Assembly: GCA_038245785.1 (NCBI GenBank)
Contig: JBBRSB010000001.1
Location: 224,001 to 288,000, forward strand
Direction of reading: 5' to 3'
Origin: Gloeobacterales cyanobacterium
GTDB taxonomy: Bacteria > Cyanobacteriota > Cyanobacteriia > Gloeobacterales > PMM-0068
DNA: 64,000 nucleotides
Under the pieces are notes generated by a model. It saw nothing but the letters and a program-made list of their open reading frames with translations. It ran no database searches and was not told where the DNA came from. The position numbers and the translations under genes were made by a program. Positions 58,474 through 64,000 of this stretch are shown here, one piece after another; positions within the stretch are counted from its first letter, which is position 1; each line of letters opens with the position of its first letter.

Positions 58474-61078
58474 AACCATAGGAATTGTTAGGTATTCCCG
58501 GAGCTGTTGCATTCGGTAGGGTATTTACTCCTTTCTCAATGTCAACAACCACCGCTCCATTAGTATTAGTTCCTGAACAGTTAGTGCTTGGAGTTGTCCC
58601 ACCCACGAAGAATTCACCTCGGTCTGCGTCACTGGCATTGCTCATATAGGTCGTTGTCAGACCAATTGCCATCGCTATGCCTGAATCGGCCCCTGGTAAA
58701 CCGCCATCTGTGGGTATCAAACCATTAAAAGTATTGGGACTAAAGGTATTGTTAGCAGGCACTAAGTCACAGACCGCGATCTTGGTGAGCGGGACATCGC
58801 CACTAGACAAGAAGTAGATGGTGTATTCCACATCGTCACCGGGTTTGACGATGCCGCCATCAATTGCTCCTTTTAGATAATTTGCAGGCCAGTTGGGTTC
58901 GTTGTCGTTCAGGTCAGCGGTTGTAGTCGGATCTACCACCGTTGTAATCGGGCTGGTATTGATAGCGGTGATTCGTTTGACTAGACTCAGTTTTGGATTG
59001 TTGGCAACGGGTACCGTCACTGTTGTGGGGTCAAGTGCGGTATCGTTACCCGTATTACTTTCCCCTCCACCCGATACGGTTGCATTATTGGTAACGCTAG
59101 AGGCTGCATTGGAAGCAACGTTCACTGTAAGCGTAATGGCTGGATAGCTAGCACCTGCGGCCAGGGCATCACTGCGGGTACACTGCACTTTTCCTGCCGA
59201 GGGAGTGTTGAGAGCACAGGTCCAGCCATTGATGGTACCCGTTGGGCCCGTTGCCGTCAGACCTGTAGGCAGGGTATCGACTACCGTTACAGTGCCACTG
59301 GTTGCTGCACCACCAGAGTTGGTCGCGGTAATCGTATAGGTTGCTCCAGTTTGTCCCTTCGTAAAGTTGCCCGTGTGGGTTTTGGTAATGGTCAGATCAG
59401 GAATACCGTTGATATTGGTGAGGTCCGTGGTGCTGTTGTTGGTAGTGGTGGCCTCTCCTCCACCAGCTACCGTTGCACTGTTGGTGACACTGGGGGCTGC
59501 ATTGGAAGCAACGGTCACCGTAATCGTAATGATTGGATAGCTAGCGCCTACGGCCAGGGCATCAGCGCGGGTACAGGTTAGGGTTGCCAAGGTGCAAGTC
59601 CAACCCGTACCACTGATGGCGGTTGCCGTCAGACCTGTAGGCAGGATATCGACTACTGTTACCGTTCCGTTAGTCGCTCCAGCACCAGAGTTCGTTGCCG
59701 TAAGTGTATAGGTTGCTCCTACTTGTCCTTGGGTGAAACTCCCGGTGTGGCTTTTAGTAATGGTCAGATCAGAATAGCCAATGGGAGTCGCTACCGTATT
59801 CGAGGTTGTGCTAGAAGGCGTATAGGGTAAATTTGTTGAAAAAGATACATTGTTCTGGATAGGCGTAAGAATAGTGCCCGCCAGCACTTTAAATGTCAGT
59901 GTTAAGGTGCCTGGGGTTATAGAGGTACAGGCTACGTTGGCACAAGTTCCCGCAGGGACGATTAGGTTAGACCAATCAATGGTCGAGCCCGAGAATATGC
60001 CTCCATTGGAAGCCGAGCTTACAACGTACGTAGAATTAGCCGGAATAGCATCTGAAACATTAACGTTATCGCTTGAAATACCCTTGTTCAACAGCGTAAT
60101 GGAGTAAGTAAGTTGCGTACCGGGGGTAACTGGCCCTAAAGGACTAACAGCTTTGCTGATGGTCGTATCCGGTGGTCCGCTGAATAGGGTATTGAAATAC
60201 GCTTGGCTGTCCTTCAGGCTATCGGCTACATCATTGATGGTGGCTTTGACATGATAGGTTTGCCCAGCTTGGACCAAGGCAGTAAAGTTTTTTAAGGGGA
60301 CGGTTCCACCGTCCATGGTGAACTCAGCACCAGCAGCAGTTGAATCGTTTGGAGCGGGACAGGCGATTAAAGTACACCCTGCTTTGAAAAAGAATGAGGA
60401 ATTAGTAGTTTCATTGATCGTATTAATCTGAATAGGAGTAGTTGTATTGGGCAAGCTGGCCAAATTCACCCCTGCTACAGGCAACCCTGGCCCGGTGATG
60501 ATGATGTCAATATTGTCGTTATAAGCTGTGCCAACATATTCCCGGTATTCCCAAGAGAAAAATGAATAGTTAAGCCCGAAACTGTTGTATTGAGGCTTTA
60601 CATCAAACTCAACAGTGGTAATGTCAAAGTTTGGGGAGCTTCCCCCTCCTCCTGTACTTACAGTCCTGCTATTCAAAGTTCCTGTGCGCAGTACGATGCC
60701 ATCACCGGGGAATCCACCCGCATTCGTAAATGTCCCAACACCACTTGTCCCAACACTAATACCCTTCCCCGATACGTTTGAGGTGATGGTGACATTAGAG
60801 ACTGTTGATCCTGATGCTGACCCGGCCAAAGTCGATTGCAAGGTGCTGGTAGTTATGGTCGGCGTAATCGACTGAGCAAAGACCGCGCTGTTACTTATGA
60901 TCATGCCAACAGAGAAAATCGCCAAAAATACCATTACCTGTGCGAACAACCCAGTACCGGACAACCGATGATTACTGCCTTTCTTCTTAGGAGAACGCAC
61001 CCCTGCCTCCAAGGCAGATTCGGAATTGTCATGCCAGGGTGTAAAGAATGCGCTTAGATGTTCGACTAGAAATTTCAT
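58445..61078 (-). CDS. Secreted protein: choice-of-anchor-L-like head, three DUF11 domains, conserved C-terminal domain
   Basis: Hydrophobic signal ending VFA; SWEYREYVG..YND..DG.T..GQTYHVK; DLTITK...VTN.ATV.GGG repeats; ends YGFIRFLAKVN. The track's extension to 61393 crosses a REP pair. Confidence 0.85.
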   Translation of the reverse strand: MKFLVEHLSAFFTPWHDNSESALEAGVRSPKKKGSNHRLSGTGLFAQVMVFLAIFSVGMIISNSAVFAQSITPTITTSTLQSTLAGSASGSTVSNVTITSNVSGKGISVGTSGVGTFTNAGGFPGDGIVLRTGTLNSRTVSTGGGGSSPNFDITTVEFDVKPQYNSFGLNYSFFSWEYREYVGTAYNDNIDIIITGPGLPVAGVNLASLPNTTTPIQINTINETTNSSFFFKAGCTLIACPAPNDSTAAGAEFTMDGGTVPLKNFTALVQAGQTYHVKATINDVADSLKDSQAYFNTLFSGPPDTTISKAVSPLGPVTPGTQLTYSITLLNKGISSDNVNVSDAIPANSTYVVSSASNGGIFSGSTIDWSNLIVPAGTCANVACTSITPGTLTLTFKVLAGTILTPIQNNVSFSTNLPYTPSSTTSNTVATPIGYSDLTITKSHTGSFTQGQVGATYTLTATNSGAGATNGTVTVVDILPTGLTATAISGTGWTCTLATLTCTRADALAVGASYPIITITVTVASNAAPSVTNSATVAGGGEATTTNNSTTDLTNINGIPDLTITKTHTGNFTKGQTGATYTITATNSGGAATSGTVTVVDTLPTGLTATGPTGTINGWTCALNTPSAGKVQCTRSDALAAGASYPAITLTVNVASNAASSVTNNATVSGGGESNTGNDTALDPTTVTVPVANNPKLSLVKRITAINTSPITTVVDPTTTADLNDNEPNWPANYLKGAIDGGIVKPGDDVEYTIYFLSSGDVPLTKIAVCDLVPANNTFSPNTFNGLIPTDGGLPGADSGIAMAIGLTTTYMSNASDADRGEFFVGGTTPSTNCSGTNTNGAVVVDIEKGVNTLPNATAPGIPNNSYGFIRFLAKVN

Positions 61079-61102
61079 TACGGACTTCCTGGGAACTTTT
61101 TT

Positions 61103-61256
61103 GGCCCCCCTGCCCCCCCTAGCGAAGCTTCCCGAAGGGTACCTTGGGGGGTTCTGAGGGAAAGTTTTATAAGAACTGAACTCTGCCCACCCATCACTGC
61201 TGTCTGGAGCTGGAGAGGGATGTTTCTCCCCCCAGAATTGGGGGGCCGGGGGGGCC
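61103..61256. repeat. Inverted pair of GC-rich REP-like repeats, the left copy carrying a nested insert
   Basis: GGCCCCCCTGCCCCCCC..TTGGGGGG and CCCCCCAGAATTGGGGGGCCGGGGGGGCC; insert GCGAAGCTTCCCGAAGGGT. Confidence 0.7.
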
Positions 61257-61355
61257 TGCTCTAATAGTTCCCTTATCGGGCTGCACTTCTGAGGTTTTGT
61301 CCTTAACTGGCACATAATTTTCATCTCACCTTGGCTTGGAAGCGAATTTCCTTTT

Positions 61356-64000
61356 TTAAGGAAGAGCGGGTTCTGCAAAATGTGCTGAGACAAGCGTCGC
61401 GGCAGAGGTGTCGAGCGGAGACAGTTCGTTCAGATACACAGGTCCAGAAGGGTGTGCGGGTGTAGGAACTGGAGCTTGGGAAACAGTCGGTGCCGCTGTT
61501 GCAGCATTGGGGGACTCTGTCTGAGGTAGAACAAGCGGTGGCGCTGCTGTTTTAGGCGGCTCTACGGGAGGCAAGGACTTGGCTAGCGGAGACTCCTGCA
61601 GTTGGACGGGAGCAACTTGTTGCAAACCAAAGCCATCAAAGAGTTCATTGACCTTGAGCGTGATGCCCAGATAAGGTCCAGCGGCATAGCGAGTACCACT
61701 GAAATCGCGGTCATTGTTGATACTGCCAAAGCTGTAACCACCCGCCAGGCGAAGATTTGGAGAGAGGTAGTAACCCAGCTCGGCAACGCCGCCGGTTTCG
61801 CTGTAGCCTGCAGTCGGTTGGCTAATCGAGCGAATTTCACCAACTAAGTCGGTATTGTAGCCCAAACGATAACGGGCACGTAGCTGAGCCAGAGAGACCA
61901 TGCTGGAAACAGAGAAATCTTGAGCAAGATTGGTCGTGCTGCTGCGTAGAGCGTACTTGCCGTAGAATTCCCACTGCCAATTCGGTGCATAAATTGCTTC
62001 CAAGGCCAAAGTATGGTCAGCAGAACCCGTACCGCTGCCAAACAAAATCGTGTTCGGAATGACCGATGGATTCTGGCGGTACTCATAGCGCAACAGGGCA
62101 TTGAAACTGTTGTCCTTGGGATTGCGATAGGCCAAGCCTAGTTTCAGGTCCTTCGTGTCCGCCAGTCCAGTCAAGAGTTGATTGGCAGAATTTGCCTGGT
62201 TGTAGCGCAGGAGGGCGGTCAGGGAAGGAGAAAGTTTTCCGGTGACGCCTGCGGTGATAACGGTGTTGTCCCCGGCTCCGCTGGTCCGCTTTTCATAGCG
62301 AGCACTGGCTTTGAAATCAGGATTTGCGGTGTATTCAAAACCGAGGCCGTAGTTGTCTCCGCTTTGGATTCCTAGAGCCGAAGCGCTTTGACCGATGGCA
62401 TAGGGTTGAGCAAACTGAAGCCCTGCGCCTGTATTGGCAAATACGTTACCCAAGACATGTTCATAGTTGAGATTGGCGGTGAGGCCCGCAGAGAGGACCA
62501 AGCGCTGGTTAAGGCCAATCGCTCCTTGGTTAGAAGGACCGTTGGCTCCACTGATCACAGAATAACGTCCGGTCAGAGTTGTATTTTCTGCGAGTTTGTA
62601 ATCGGCCAGGGTATCGAGACTGGTAATCGAGTTGCTGCCAAACTGTCCACCAGAGAAAAATTGCTGGTTCAGTTGGATTCTGATGCCTGGATAAACGGCC
62701 CACTCTAGACCAAGAATCGTGCGGTCAGGATAGCTCAGGTCCTGACGGGGAGAAAGGTTCAGCTCATTCTGCGCCCGGAAGGTTACTTTATCGGTAACCG
62801 GAACGGTCAGTCTGGAACGCAGCTGGCTGGAATTTCCAGCAATATCTGGCTGGAGGCGGTCTTCACGGGTCCGATTGAGCAAATCCACTTCTAATTTGCT
62901 GCTGCCCAGCTGTTGGGCGACGCCTACCGTAAAGGTAGTCAGACTATTGTCCACCTGCATGCCGGGGATGGCGACGGGACCAGGATTGAAGAGGTCCGTA
63001 AAGGTAAGTCGGGGTTGAGGTGCAATTCCCTTATTATCTTCCCGGTCGTACTGCACCTTTACGTTCGTAGTCGGGGAGACCTGAGCCGTCAGGTCCACGC
63101 CATAACGGGTTTGCCCTGGTACAAAACTAATGGTGGCATTATTGGCAAAGCCACTATCGGCAGCACGCAGATAGGCACGGCCTCTGATCTCTTTAGAAAG
63201 TTCTCCGTCGAATTCCACCCGAAAAGCGGAACCGCTGGCCGGACCGACCACTTCCGAATCATTTTGAGAATGGGCATATTCGGCAATTAGCTTGCTGTTG
63301 GGACCGAGCGAGAAGAGGGCATCCGCTCCATAGAGTTCAAACGTGCGGACTCCCTGGTTTTCCTTAACGTAGGTCGTTCCTAGCCAGCTTTCTCGGTTCA
63401 GTTCTTTGGAGAAGTGGTAACGGGCGCGAGCACCGTAAATATTGGCATTTTCTCTACTTTCATATTGATAAGTCGCTACTAAACGACGCACCAAAAGCCG
63501 ACCATCTTGGCCGATTTCTGTCCGCAAGAGGGGGCTGCGGAGCAAGATAGCGCCCCGGTCATAGTCAATGTCATAGTCTGTGCTGCGGGATAGGAGTTTG
63601 CGCTCGATCACCGTGCCGGGACGGTTGATTTCTTCTAGTTCGACGGCAAGCTGTTCACTTCCTGCCAAGAGCAGTCGGCGGGATACAAAGTAGTAGCCAC
63701 TGGTGCCATCGGGAGCAATCGTGTCGCGCTGGAAACCCTGGACATTGTCGCCATAGAGTCCGGTGAGCTGTAGGTTGCCAAAGTTGTAGTTGAGTTTGAG
63801 TCCATGCAGTTGACGGCTGAGGGCGGTCAATTGTTGATTGCTTGTCGAAAATTCTTTCGCCGTATCGTAATCGCCCCACAGAGCAGAGTCTTGGTTGCGT
63901 TCTAAACGAAGGAATAAGCTGTCTTTTGATTGAGCGGTGCGTTCCGTGCTGGAACTATCGCCAAATACGGGATAGGGCTGGTCGCAAGACTGGACATCTT
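61356..64000 (-). CDS. Large outer-membrane beta-barrel protein; 5' end lies beyond the window
   Basis: The frame stays open to the window end (..PYPVFGDSS..LFLRLERNQDSALWGDY..); many amphipathic beta-strands; Pro-rich tail. Confidence 0.8.
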   Translation of the reverse strand, partial: DVQSCDQPYPVFGDSSSTERTAQSKDSLFLRLERNQDSALWGDYDTAKEFSTSNQQLTALSRQLHGLKLNYNFGNLQLTGLYGDNVQGFQRDTIAPDGTSGYYFVSRRLLLAGSEQLAVELEEINRPGTVIERKLLSRSTDYDIDYDRGAILLRSPLLRTEIGQDGRLLVRRLVATYQYESRENANIYGARARYHFSKELNRESWLGTTYVKENQGVRTFELYGADALFSLGPNSKLIAEYAHSQNDSEVVGPASGSAFRVEFDGELSKEIRGRAYLRAADSGFANNATISFVPGQTRYGVDLTAQVSPTTNVKVQYDREDNKGIAPQPRLTFTDLFNPGPVAIPGMQVDNSLTTFTVGVAQQLGSSKLEVDLLNRTREDRLQPDIAGNSSQLRSRLTVPVTDKVTFRAQNELNLSPRQDLSYPDRTILGLEWAVYPGIRIQLNQQFFSGGQFGSNSITSLDTLADYKLAENTTLTGRYSVISGANGPSNQGAIGLNQRLVLSAGLTANLNYEHVLGNVFANTGAGLQFAQPYAIGQSASALGIQSGDNYGLGFEYTANPDFKASARYEKRTSGAGDNTVITAGVTGKLSPSLTALLRYNQANSANQLLTGLADTKDLKLGLAYRNPKDNSFNALLRYEYRQNPSVIPNTILFGSGTGSADHTLALEAIYAPNWQWEFYGKYALRSSTTNLAQDFSVSSMVSLAQLRARYRLGYNTDLVGEIRSISQPTAGYSETGGVAELGYYLSPNLRLAGGYSFGSINNDRDFSGTRYAAGPYLGITLKVNELFDGFGLQQVAPVQLQESPLAKSLPPVEPPKTAAPPLVLPQTESPNAATAAPTVSQAPVPTPAHPSGPVYLNELSPLDTSAATLVSAHFAEPALP

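Noticed and set aside
61079..61393. N-terminal 105 aa of the 982-aa track ORF
   Set aside because: It overlaps the barrel gene end and reads through a REP pair; a downstream ATG (61078) before the signal-like segment is more plausible.

Overview
A 64-kb stretch of a cyanobacterial chromosome. The nirA-narM-mobA / ntcB-cnaT nitrogen cluster, PTOX, glgA, Uma2 nucleases and an mcdAB-like pair all support this. HIP1 octamers (GCGATCGC) were seen only in accessory segments, which would fit a HIP1-poor, possibly early-branching host (inference). Housekeeping blocks (mrp, aroQ, cinA, yqgF, gatC, def, glgA, HtrA protease, queG, pyrR, thpR, egtD) alternate with five accessory regions. (1) A RES-Xre toxin-antitoxin pair followed by a ~9.5-kb decaying island of oxidoreductases and regulators, with many gene fragments and a deleted IS3. 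(2) An AT-rich PIN pair. (3) A cassette-like array of VapBC, Uma2, Fic and Rpn genes punctuated by repeated spacers. (4) A DyP / P450 / GT11 / sugar porter / desaturase / CFA-type methyltransferase neighbourhood. (5) A large outer-membrane beta-barrel gene followed by two secreted DUF11/Ig-repeat proteins that share a conserved C-terminal domain, with two PIN toxin-antitoxin pairs inserted between them. Region 5 is my best candidate for an uncharacterised surface-display or secretion system. Elements absent from the ORF track include a probable 6S RNA, a 43-aa small protein, an in-frame amber stop in the RES toxin, a frameshifted Rpn gene, nested REP/SDR-like repeats and several operator or promoter sites. 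All calls come from motif recognition by eye; no database searches were run.
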